A DNA stretch of 49,832 bases from Candidatus Bipolaricaulota bacterium (GTDB lineage Bacteria; Bipolaricaulota; Bipolaricaulia; UBA7950; UBA9294): assembly GCA_023132915.1 (NCBI GenBank), contig JAGLXM010000145.1, positions 1 to 49,832 on the forward strand, written 5' to 3'. The notes beneath the pieces are model-generated. The model did no database searches and was not told where the DNA came from. It saw only the letters and a list, made by a program, of their open reading frames with translations. Positions 9,183-16,621 of this stretch are shown one piece after another; the first letter of the stretch is position 1, and each line of letters starts with the position of its first letter. Both the position numbers and the translations under genes were made by a program.

Positions 9183-10412
9183 ATGAAAAGACATACTTCC
9201 CAACGCGCGTTAGGGACACCGCGTTCTGCAATCCGTGAACTCCTCAAGTTGACTGAGAAACCGGAGATCATCTCGTTCGCCGGTGGGCTCCCCGACCCTG
9301 AGACCTTTCCACACGAGGAGTTGGCCAAGATTGCGGCCGACGAGCTGCGTGGGCATTACCGTAACGTTCTTCAGTACGGGCTGAGCGAGGGGAGCCAGAC
9401 CTTGCGCCGCGCGGTGATCGACTGGCTGCGGACGCAGGGACTGGACCTGAGCTTAAATCAGGTGCTGGTAACGACCGCCTCGCAGCAGGGGTTGGACTTG
9501 TTAGCCAAGGCATTCCTTGACCCAGGAGATGTCATCTTCTGTGGCCTGCCCACCTATCTGGGGGCGATCCAGTCGTTTAGCCTGTTCCAGGCTGATAAGA
9601 TCGGGGTCCCGCTGCAAGAAGATGGGATGGACCTCGACGTCCTCGAGGAGCAGATCGCTGAGGCGAGGCGAGTGGACAAGGTACTCAAGGCGATCTATGT
9701 GATCCCTGACTTTCAGAATCCGGCTGGGATCACGATGTCACTTGAGAAGCGCAAGCGCCTGCTTGAGATTGCCCGACAGGAGGACTTGCTGATCTTCGAG
9801 GATAACCCCTATAGTCAGCTCCGGTTCGCGGGAGAAGCGGTGCCGACGCTTAAGAGCATGGATGAAAACGGTCGGGTGATCATGCTCTTTACCCTATCCA
9901 AGGTGTTGTCGGCGGGACTGCGACTGGCATTCCTGATTGCCCAGGAGGATCTGATAGAGATCCTTTTGCGGATGAAGCAGGCCTCGGACCTGTGCACCTC
10001 CAAGCTCACGCAGCATCTGGCGGCTCGGTACATCAAAGACTACGGAATGGAGGATCACCTGAGGATTTTGCGCGAACGCTACCGCGCCAAGCGCGACGCG
10101 ATGATCGCCGCGCTCGAGAAGTACATGCCAACGGAGGAAGGGATCACTTGGACTCGTCCTGATGGCGGCCTGTTCCTGTGGGTCCGTCTTCCCGAGGAAG
10201 TTGATACCGAGGAGATGTTTCCCCGAGCTTTGGAACATAACGTCGCATATATAGTCGGAAGCGCATTCTACGTCGATGGTAGCGGGAAGAACACGATGCG
10301 CCTTTCTTTCTCCGTAAACAGCGAAGATGAGATTGAAGAGGGGATCAAACGTCTCTGTCAGGTCGTGCGCGAGGAGCTTGCCGCCAAGCGCGTCGGGCTC
10401 ACCGTGGCGTGA
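9183..10412 (+). CDS. PLP-dependent aminotransferase, class I/II (2-aminoadipate/aromatic aminotransferase-like)
   Basis: ISFAGGLPDPETFP, PDFQNPAG and TLSKVLSAGLRLAF (candidate PLP lysine), 409 aa. Confidence 0.8.
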   Translation: MKRHTSQRALGTPRSAIRELLKLTEKPEIISFAGGLPDPETFPHEELAKIAADELRGHYRNVLQYGLSEGSQTLRRAVIDWLRTQGLDLSLNQVLVTTASQQGLDLLAKAFLDPGDVIFCGLPTYLGAIQSFSLFQADKIGVPLQEDGMDLDVLEEQIAEARRVDKVLKAIYVIPDFQNPAGITMSLEKRKRLLEIARQEDLLIFEDNPYSQLRFAGEAVPTLKSMDENGRVIMLFTLSKVLSAGLRLAFLIAQEDLIEILLRMKQASDLCTSKLTQHLAARYIKDYGMEDHLRILRERYRAKRDAMIAALEKYMPTEEGITWTRPDGGLFLWVRLPEEVDTEEMFPRALEHNVAYIVGSAFYVDGSGKNTMRLSFSVNSEDEIEEGIKRLCQVVREELAAKRVGLTVA

Positions 10413-10532
10413 AAATTTTCCACTTTGCAAGGACCGTGTGAGTTCAACATCGGGGGCAAGCCCCGACGCTACGAAATACTGTTCCAAATGATGATTTCTC
10501 TGTAGCGTCGCCGCTTGTCTGCGACGTTCCTC

Positions 10533-11591
10533 CTAGCGCAGGATGTCAGGGAGGGCTTCGATAAACCTAGTCACCAACCGGACTGTGTTCTCAAAGTCGT
10601 TCAAGCGCAGGGTGGAGGTCGGCGAGTGGATGAACCGACAGGGGACAGAGACGACTCCGGAGAGGACCCCCGCTCGGGAGAGGTGTATCGCGCCGGCGTC
10701 AGTCCCTCCATAGGTGGGTAATTTGTATTGGTACGGTATTGTCGCTTCTTCAGTGACTGCTGCCTGTTCCAATGCTTCGACCATCCGACGGGAGACGATG
10801 ATCGTGTGGTCAGCGACCGTGATTGCTGGGCCGCGACCGAGGCGGACCGGCTGATTTTCCTCGGGGATCCCGGGCATGTCCGCCCCGATCGTCCCCTCCA
10901 GGGCGAGGGCAAGATCCGGATCGATCTGATAGGCGGCGGTGCGCGCCCCGCGCAGCCCCACCTCCTCACCGATGACAAAGGAGAGGACGAGGTTCACCTT
11001 GAGATCTCTCTTCGCTAGCCGACGCGCCGTCTCGATCATCACCGCGCACCCCACTCGATCGTCGAATGCTTTCCCCGTGACGTAGCCTGAGCAAAGCTCG
11101 GTGAACGGGTAGTGGATCGTGAGCGGGTCACCGATGTTTATCCCCATGTCAGCGGCTTCCTGCCGTGAAGAGGCTCCCACATCGATGAACATCTTTTCGA
11201 GAGGAATCGGTTGTTTTCGTTCCTCCTCTTTTAAGATATGTGGTGGGGCGGAACCGATCACCCCGTAGCGCTTCTCGCGCGAACGGGTGAGGATTTCAAC
11301 GCGGTGGCTGGGGATAATCCGCTCATCCCACCCGCCGAGCGGGGCGAAACGAAGGTACCCGTTCTCATCGATCCACTTCACCATGAATCCCACCTCGTCC
11401 ATGTGGGCGTCGAGCATCAGGGTGAACTCCTCTTTCCCCGTCCGCGTTGCGAAAAGGTTCCCCAACGTATCGGTCTTTACCTCATCGACGTACGGTGAAA
11501 CAAGGTCCGTGATCCTTTCTCGTACCTCATCCTCAAAGCCGGAAACACCGAACGCGTCTGAAAGCTCTCGCAGAAGATCGATCAGTTCCAT
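10533..11591 (-). CDS. M42-family metallopeptidase (FrvX/PepA-like aminopeptidase)
   Basis: LLRELSDAFGVSGFEDEVRE, AFDDRVGC, GEEVGLRGA. AGGAGGC SD 6 nt before the ATG at 11591. Confidence 0.85.
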   Translation of the reverse strand: MELIDLLRELSDAFGVSGFEDEVRERITDLVSPYVDEVKTDTLGNLFATRTGKEEFTLMLDAHMDEVGFMVKWIDENGYLRFAPLGGWDERIIPSHRVEILTRSREKRYGVIGSAPPHILKEEERKQPIPLEKMFIDVGASSRQEAADMGINIGDPLTIHYPFTELCSGYVTGKAFDDRVGCAVMIETARRLAKRDLKVNLVLSFVIGEEVGLRGARTAAYQIDPDLALALEGTIGADMPGIPEENQPVRLGRGPAITVADHTIIVSRRMVEALEQAAVTEEATIPYQYKLPTYGGTDAGAIHLSRAGVLSGVVSVPCRFIHSPTSTLRLNDFENTVRLVTRFIEALPDILR

Positions 11592-11845
11592 CAAAAAGCC
11601 TCCTTTCGAAGTCAAGGAAGATTATAGAGGCCGGTTTTACTCTTGCAATCAGAGAAAGGAATCGCCCTTGGGAGCTTGCTCCAAATGGAGGAGCTATGGC
11701 AACCTATTTGAGTAAATCTTTTCCGCTACTCAGTTTCAAGCCCAAACCCTACCCAAGCCTTTTACCGCAGAGGGCGCTGAGAAATTGAGAGATTGGATGA
11801 TCGGGAGATTGAGATGTTAAATCACTCACTCTCTCACTCGTTAAA

Positions 11846-12665
11846 TTAATCAATCCCTTCCTCTGCGCGCTCCAACGCGGCTAGAAGCGTCCTTTTGGTG
11901 AGGAGGGACCGTTCGGCAGGATGTTCGAGAAAGGGCGAAACGTCCTCTGAAACGGAGATCCAGTCGAGCTGTTCCAACCTTTCACCGATGATTGACCGCC
12001 AGTTCTCATTCGTCACACGATCATCTTTCCAACCCGTCTGTTGAAGCGCGTTGTTCAGCAAGGACGATGTTGGGAACAACGGGCTCTGACCGAGTGAGGT
12101 ACCACAGAAGGTCATAGAGATCGCGTCCCTTGGTGTAGGATCGCATAAGGAGGGCGTGGATCTTCCCAGCCATCAGTGAAGGAAGGTCGTGGTGCCATAA
12201 TTCAAGCAGGAAGTGTCGGTTGATCACCGTTTGTTCGGTCTTTGCCCCAGGCGGAGGGTTCGTATCGATCTCAACCTTGATCGACAGCTTCTGAGTCCGG
12301 TGAGTGTTCAGTCCTGCCTCGTAGAGGAGTCCGGGAAACCGAAAGAAAGCTGAGTGCACCGCTTTCCCCGTCTTTGGATGCACTGACACCTCAAACCCTG
12401 CCTCGGTAAGGTCCGTCTCGGCTGCTTGGAGCAGTGTGTCAAGGCTGTAACCGGTTTTGCGTTCTAGGGAGAAATCAAGATCCTCGGAGAACCGAGGAAT
12501 GCCATAGATGAAACGGAGTGCGGTGCCGTCGACAAACGCCAGTTGCTCAAACGCCCGCTTTCCCTGAAGCGAGTAGAGGATGTGCGCCTGGAGGTACTCC
12601 CGCAGGAGATTTGCCTTCTGAGGCTCCGGTGTCTCTTTAACCAGTTGCAGCGCTCTATCCTTCAT
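11846..12665 (-). pseudogene. abiEii: AbiEii/AbiGii-family nucleotidyltransferase toxin, interrupted by a 1-nt frameshift near 12062
   Basis: Frame A (12021-12665): ...FVDGTALRFIYGIPRFSEDLDFS...YTKGRDLYDLLWYLTRSEPVVPN. Frame B (11846-12061) continues LLNNALQQTGW...SPFLEHPAERSLL. The joined length of about 273 aa is typical for the family. ATGA overlap with abiEi. Confidence 0.75.
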
Positions 12666-13297
12666 AGGGAAACCTCCTTGAGCAGTGCTTCGCGATGGGT
12701 GAGGAAACGCTCGACGCCTCGGTCAATTTTAGGCACCTTGATCCGGCGGGCAAAAGCGGAGAGCCGCTCTGGATCGATCTGGTCGAGGTTCTGGAACCGC
12801 ATCTCCTCGATTCGGGAAAGGGGGATCGGGCCGCTCCAGAAATAGAAGAGGTCGACGAGCGCCTTCTCCGGGAGGGCGATTGTGACCTCGATCCCACGGA
12901 GGAGGACCCTTTCAAAGCCGAAGAAGAGCCTTGATTGCACGTGACGGTAGCGAAACGTTCCAAGTGGAGTCTCCTGAACGACTGGACGCCTCGTTGTCAC
13001 GGAAGTGAGAACGGGTGTCGATTCAGGGATGAGCCCGTACCAGGAAAGGGCGCGTTCGAGGCTGACGTAGGAGGGATAGACAAGGCGGTTTGCCAGGTGT
13101 TCGAGCGGGGGATCGATCCTCCGATACGGTTTGGCTATCATGTACTTTCCGCGCGCAAGCTTGACCAACCGGCCGTTTGCCACCCAACGGCTCAATTGTA
13201 CTTGTAGCGCGCGTGGGTTGGGCTGACCGGCATAGACCATCGCCGGTTCAATCACCGGGCAGTCCCCGAAGCGTTTCAGAAAAGTCTCCCAATTCAT
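12662..13297 (-). CDS. abiEi: AbiEi-family type IV antitoxin / transcriptional regulator
   Basis: MNWETFLKRFGDCPVIEPAMVYAG...LSRWVANGRLVKLARGKYM (winged-helix N-terminus). Translationally coupled to the downstream AbiEii-like ORF. Confidence 0.75.
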   Translation of the reverse strand: MNWETFLKRFGDCPVIEPAMVYAGQPNPRALQVQLSRWVANGRLVKLARGKYMIAKPYRRIDPPLEHLANRLVYPSYVSLERALSWYGLIPESTPVLTSVTTRRPVVQETPLGTFRYRHVQSRLFFGFERVLLRGIEVTIALPEKALVDLFYFWSGPIPLSRIEEMRFQNLDQIDPERLSAFARRIKVPKIDRGVERFLTHREALLKEVSL

Positions 13298-13334
13298 AGC
13301 GAAAGTATAGCAAAAATGATATTGTTTTGCAACG
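13229..13334. repeat. left copy of an imperfect direct repeat of about 100 bp (abiEi first 23 codons plus promoter)
   Basis: Manual alignment with 14179-14273: 59/72 identical over the coding part and 21/24 over the upstream part. This copy has a 10-nt indel (13301-13310). Confidence 0.8.
13304..13332 (-). promoter_or_regulatory. candidate abiEi promoter (TTGCAA-17-TATACT), probably giving a leaderless mRNA
   Basis: The -10 element ends 6 nt before the ATG and there is no SD. Tandem 10-nt repeats TGCAACGTTA (13328-13337) and TGTAACGCTA (13343-13352) overlap or flank the -35. Confidence 0.45.
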
Positions 13335-13546
13335 TTAATGATTGTAACGCTATAGCTCTCGCCCGTGGGGTGGGGAGTCCAGGCCCCATTGCCCTTCTGG
13401 TTATCATCAGCGAGATCATCTATGCACCTGATCGTCTCTCGAAGTTTCGTATGCTCATCCCCACCACCGCCTCCATCCCAGAGAGAGTCGTTGCTCTTGA
13501 CTAGCGGTCTGAATTTGATACCATAAAAAGGCCGGAGGTGGTAGCG

Positions 13547-13822
13547 ATGAACATTTCTACAGACATCAAGTCGGTGACATATCTCAAGTCCAGAGCAGCG
13601 GATCTATTGAAGCAGGTCAATGAGACTCGTCGCCCTGTAGTCATTACGCAAAATGGGGAACCAAGAGGAGTATTGCAAGACCCAAAGAGTTATGAAAACA
13701 TGCGAAATGCTATAGGAATTTTAAAACTTCTATCACAGGGTGAAGAGGATATTAAGAATGGCAGATCGAAATCTCAAAAAAGTGTATTTGAAAATATAGA
13801 GAAATTACTGACAGGTAAATGA
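13547..13822 (+). CDS. Phd/YefM-family type II antitoxin
   Basis: SVTYLKSRAADLLKQVNETRRPVVITQNGEPRGVLQD. GGAGGTGG SD. 4-nt overlap with the downstream toxin. Visibly AT-richer than its surroundings. Confidence 0.8.
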   Translation: MNISTDIKSVTYLKSRAADLLKQVNETRRPVVITQNGEPRGVLQDPKSYENMRNAIGILKLLSQGEEDIKNGRSKSQKSVFENIEKLLTGK

Positions 13823-14169
13823 GCGAGAAATACGAGGTACTGTGGGCTGCAACAGCTGAGGATGATTTAGCTAATATTGTAGACTACGTAGTCAATGACA
13901 GCCCTTCAAACGCGCTGAAAATACTACAAAAAATCAAAGAAACGGCCTCTCAGCTTTATCATTCCCCCGAGCGCGGACGCATCGTGCCAGAATTACAAGA
14001 TCAAGGTATCCTGCAATATCGAGAGTTGATTGTTCCCCCTTGGCGGATCATGTACAGAACAGCGGGGAAGAAAGTATTCGTCCTATCCGTGCTCGATTCA
14101 CGAAGAAACGTAGAAGACATTCTACTGGATCGACTCATTAAACCAAGAGGATATAACGGATACCAATGA
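13819..14169 (+). CDS. ParE/RelE-superfamily type II toxin
   Basis: YEVLWAATAEDDLANIVDYV...PERGRIVPEL...YRELIVPPWRIMYRTAGKKVFVLSVLDSRRN is ParE-like. Coupled to the Phd-like gene. Confidence 0.75.
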   Translation: MSEKYEVLWAATAEDDLANIVDYVVNDSPSNALKILQKIKETASQLYHSPERGRIVPELQDQGILQYRELIVPPWRIMYRTAGKKVFVLSVLDSRRNVEDILLDRLIKPRGYNGYQ

Positions 14170-14178
14170 AGTGTGGCT

Positions 14179-14273
14179 GGCATAGACGATTGCTGGTTCG
14201 ATCACCGGGCAGTTCCCGAATTGTTTGAGAAAGGTGTTCCAGTTTATAGCATAAATGATATTCTTCTGCAACG
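14179..14273 (-). pseudogene. abiEi' fragment: degenerate copy of the abiEi 5' end and upstream region (ATG mutated to ATA)
   Basis: Encodes INWNTFLKQFGNCPVIEPAIVYAS, compared with MNWETFLKRFGDCPVIEPAMVYAG in the intact gene. Starts 9 nt after the parE-like stop. Confidence 0.75.
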
Positions 14274-14459
14274 ACATCAGGTAGTGCTTGTCCCGCCAAG
14301 CCTGTCGTACTTGTTCCAGCAGCTTCATATCTACATCTTGCCATGCAAGGATCTTCTTGCCGATATTTGTACAGAAACGTGGTGGAAAGGCCATGTCTTC
14401 GCAGTTGGCATAAGGTAGAGCTCGTAGTATTATGTTGTAGGCTTGCAGACTAAGGTGGA

Positions 14460-15341
14460 ATGATCGTGGCTCCAACAGATCGAAGTACCCAAGAGCTGGT
14501 ACAAGAGGCCCTCGAAGTCCTTCGGTCCTATCACGCAGCAATCGGCCGAATGCTCAAGCATGACGGAGTGGACGAGGAGCACGGGAATCTTGTCGGTGGG
14601 TTGACTCACTTCACGGCGGAGCGGTGCAGAGCCGTCCTTGTTCTCGTGGCCAACGCGCAGGTCTGGGATGCGGAGATTGTCGCCCGCAGCGCTGCCGAGG
14701 CCACGCTCAAGATCCTCTTCATATCCTATTGTGAGCCATCCGAGAGAGAGCAGAGGATCGACGAGTTCTGGGGCGAGCTTGGAGACATTCAGCTGCTCCG
14801 CCGCTCGCGGCGAGCTCGGGAGGCGCTTGAACGGTTGTCGGACAAGACAGGGTCCGAGGCGACAGCGCTCAGGTCGCTCGTAGTCACTCCCGAGTGCGAG
14901 GGCGAGATACGCCGCAGTGTCCCACGATCTCGGCAGCGCGAACTCAACCAGAAGTGGTCCGCCTCAGAGATGTTGCGTAGCCTGGAGGACCCTCTACGGG
15001 TCCATTGGCCCGACGGAGTCCTATCGATGGCGAACTACTCGTATGGCATCGGTAGCAATCTTGTACATGGGGACGAGTCCGCGCTAGCGATGTTCAGAAA
15101 CTACCTGGACCTCGCTGCAGACGACCAGCGCGCCTATGAGCGGGGCCACTCCTCGAAGCTCATGCTTGACGTGACAGGATTCTTGATGCTGATCGCCTTC
15201 TCGCTGGTGGACAGCTGGGGAGTGGGAATAAAGTCGATCGATGAGGCATGCGCAGCACACCGCAGGCTGATGCCACGACTACTTGCTCTCAGCGACGGCT
15301 TCTATGAACGGCGAACTCAGGAGCAGGCTTGCTCCACCTAA
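14460..15341 (+). CDS. hypothetical all-alpha protein, 293 aa, no motif I can assign
   Basis: Long ORF with no competing ORF of similar length. Start ATG 14460 or GTG 14466 after AAGGTGG. Ala/Leu/Arg/Glu-rich. The stop codon is embedded in ACCTAAC. Confidence 0.6.
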   Translation: MIVAPTDRSTQELVQEALEVLRSYHAAIGRMLKHDGVDEEHGNLVGGLTHFTAERCRAVLVLVANAQVWDAEIVARSAAEATLKILFISYCEPSEREQRIDEFWGELGDIQLLRRSRRAREALERLSDKTGSEATALRSLVVTPECEGEIRRSVPRSRQRELNQKWSASEMLRSLEDPLRVHWPDGVLSMANYSYGIGSNLVHGDESALAMFRNYLDLAADDQRAYERGHSSKLMLDVTGFLMLIAFSLVDSWGVGIKSIDEACAAHRRLMPRLLALSDGFYERRTQEQACST

Positions 15342-15517
15342 CAAGGCGCTGCAGCTGACGGCGCCTGGCGTCGCGGGCCGTCGCGGCCTGATACTACTCA
15401 GGCGTTGCAGCTGAGCGGCGCGCCGTTGCGAGGACGCTACGCGCCCTCGCAACGGGGCTGCGGCTTACCATCCGCTACTGGTCGGCGCGTAGCGCCTCCC
15501 AACTCCCGCCGTTAAAT
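15336..15517 (+). other. GC-rich structured intergenic element with attC-like end motifs
   Basis: ACCTAAC (RYYYAAC) at 15336-15342 and GTTAAAT (GTTRRRY) at 15511-15517. Two copies of GGCGYTGCAGCTGA(S)CGGCGC at 15345 and 15401 that can also pair through the CAGCTG palindrome. A perfect 11-bp hairpin CCGTTGCGAGG/CCTCGCAACGG at 15423-15455. Confidence 0.35.
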
Positions 15518-15607
15518 GATGTATTTCGAACATAACTCCTTAAGTCCATGCCGCAAAAACACCGGGCTCCAATATCATACAGCCGTTTGACCTGCGGATA
15601 ATGGCCT

Positions 15608-15690
15608 TCAGGGAAGCCCAAGGATCTCGACGATCCGCTCGGCCAGGGGTTTGGGAATCTTGGGGAGGGAGGCGATCTCTTCGATATTGC
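15608..15690 (-). pseudogene. uvrC' fragment: duplicated 3' end of uvrC
   Basis: 70/83 nt identical to 16621-16703 by manual alignment. Encodes NIEEIASLPKIPKPLAERIVEILGLP, compared with SIEEISSLPEIPKPLAERIVETLGRP at the real UvrC C-terminus. Confidence 0.8.
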
Positions 15691-15797
15691 GTATATGAGT
15701 CGCGCAGGCCAGCCAGATTTGGCTATAGCCAACATTGGCTATTCTCTTTCGAGCCAGGCGCAGAAGACCCTGTCTGTCACGGAAAGTATAGGTGCGT

Positions 15798-15814
15798 GTC
15801 TTGCAATCCAACAC
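15798..15814. repeat. 17-nt perfect direct repeat GTCTTGCAATCCAACAC (copy 1)
   Basis: Identical 17-mer at 16495-16511. The two copies bracket the relE-phd cassette. A 10-nt core TCTTGCAATC also occurs at 11641-11650. Confidence 0.85.
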
Positions 15815-15838
15815 ATCGTTACAGGCTATCTTGTTCTG

Positions 15839-16105
15839 TTAGGTGCTTTCTGCTTCAACCTTCTGCCAGAACTCCTTGTGTTCTACGCCTCCCGTCTCCC
15901 GAATCTGCTGCCGCGCTGTATTCAATATCGTTCGAAATCTCGGCGTGTAGACCAGTATCAGCCGCTCCAGCTCTTCCTCGTCTTCTACCGGCAGCAACAC
16001 CGCCACCGGCTTCCCGTACCGTGTCACCACTACCGGCCCCTCTGCGGACGCTTTCAAATAGGCGCTGAACCGTGCCTTCACCTCTGCTACTGACACTATC
16101 TTCAT
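15839..16105 (-). CDS. Phd/YefM-family type II antitoxin
   Basis: MKIVSVAEVKARFSAYLKASAEGPVVVTRYGKPVAVLLPVEDEEELERL. ATGA overlap with the upstream toxin gene. Confidence 0.8.
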   Translation of the reverse strand: MKIVSVAEVKARFSAYLKASAEGPVVVTRYGKPVAVLLPVEDEEELERLILVYTPRFRTILNTARQQIRETGGVEHKEFWQKVEAEST

Positions 16106-16422
16106 AGTTCCACTTCCTCTCCACCTATGACCAACCGATTTTCCTCTTTCACCCCTATTGCCAGGATGTACACCTTCTCCTGCTCCCGATCTATTTCGTA
16201 GAACACCCGAAATCGGTTGTTCGGCCCAAATCGTACCTCCCACTCTGCTTCAAAGACCACGGTGCGCTTCAATGGCTTCCGGTTCCTTGTTTCTACATCC
16301 GGCTCAAACTGTAGTTGTGCTTCAATCTCGTTGCGAATCAGCGCATAGTATTTGCGCTCAATCACCTGTAGCTGTTTCTTTACTTCCCGTGCATAAATCA
16401 GGGTAAAATGTCGCTTCGACAT
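16102..16422 (-). CDS. RelE/ParE-superfamily type II toxin (the toxin gene comes first)
   Basis: FTLIYAREVKKQLQVIERKY...WEVRFGPNNRFRVFYEIDREQEKVYILAIGVKEENRL, 106 aa. Confidence 0.7.
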   Translation of the reverse strand: MSKRHFTLIYAREVKKQLQVIERKYYALIRNEIEAQLQFEPDVETRNRKPLKRTVVFEAEWEVRFGPNNRFRVFYEIDREQEKVYILAIGVKEENRLVIGGEEVEL

Positions 16423-16435
16423 CGTTATGACCCTA

Positions 16436-16463
16436 ATTATAGTCAGAATACAGGGGGAGTCAA
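16436..16463 (-). promoter_or_regulatory. near-consensus sigma70-type promoter TTGACT-16-TATAAT for the relE-phd operon
   Basis: Minus-strand sequence ttgactccccctgtattctgactataat lies about 14 nt upstream of the toxin ATG. Confidence 0.55.
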
Positions 16464-16494
16464 CCTCTCTCGCTCAAAAAAGAGATGGGATTGC

Positions 16495-16511
16495 GTCTTG
16501 CAATCCAACAC
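16495..16511. repeat. 17-nt perfect direct repeat GTCTTGCAATCCAACAC (copy 2)
   Basis: Here it forms the 3' arm of the hairpin GGATTGC-GTCTT-GCAATCC, nested inside an outer inverted repeat CCTCTCTC/GAGAGAGG (16464-16532). Confidence 0.85.
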
Positions 16512-16621
16512 CAGAGTTCAGTGGGAGAGAGGAACTCCTTCTAAAGTTTCTTTGATCCGTACCTTACGTGATTACTGAACTTCAGTATTCCGTAGTCATT
16601 TGAACGCCGGATAGTTGATCT

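Noticed and set aside
14122-14541. 139-aa minus-strand ORF. Its middle (IGKKILAWQDVDMKLLEQ) vaguely recalls the L-x-W-x-D-h-D segment of tyrosine recombinases.
   Set aside because: The C-terminal part is simply the abiEi' remnant read through. The N-terminus overlaps the 14460 gene. The recombinase resemblance covers about 15 residues without the catalytic R/H/Y context, which is too weak to call.
15475-16243. Several 86-155-aa ORFs in both strands across 15.5-16.2 kb (for example 15601-16068 +, 15695-16093 +, 15855-16124 -)
   Set aside because: They overlap the well-supported Phd-like gene or the uvrC' relic. They are Pro/Arg/Ala-rich and lack start signals.
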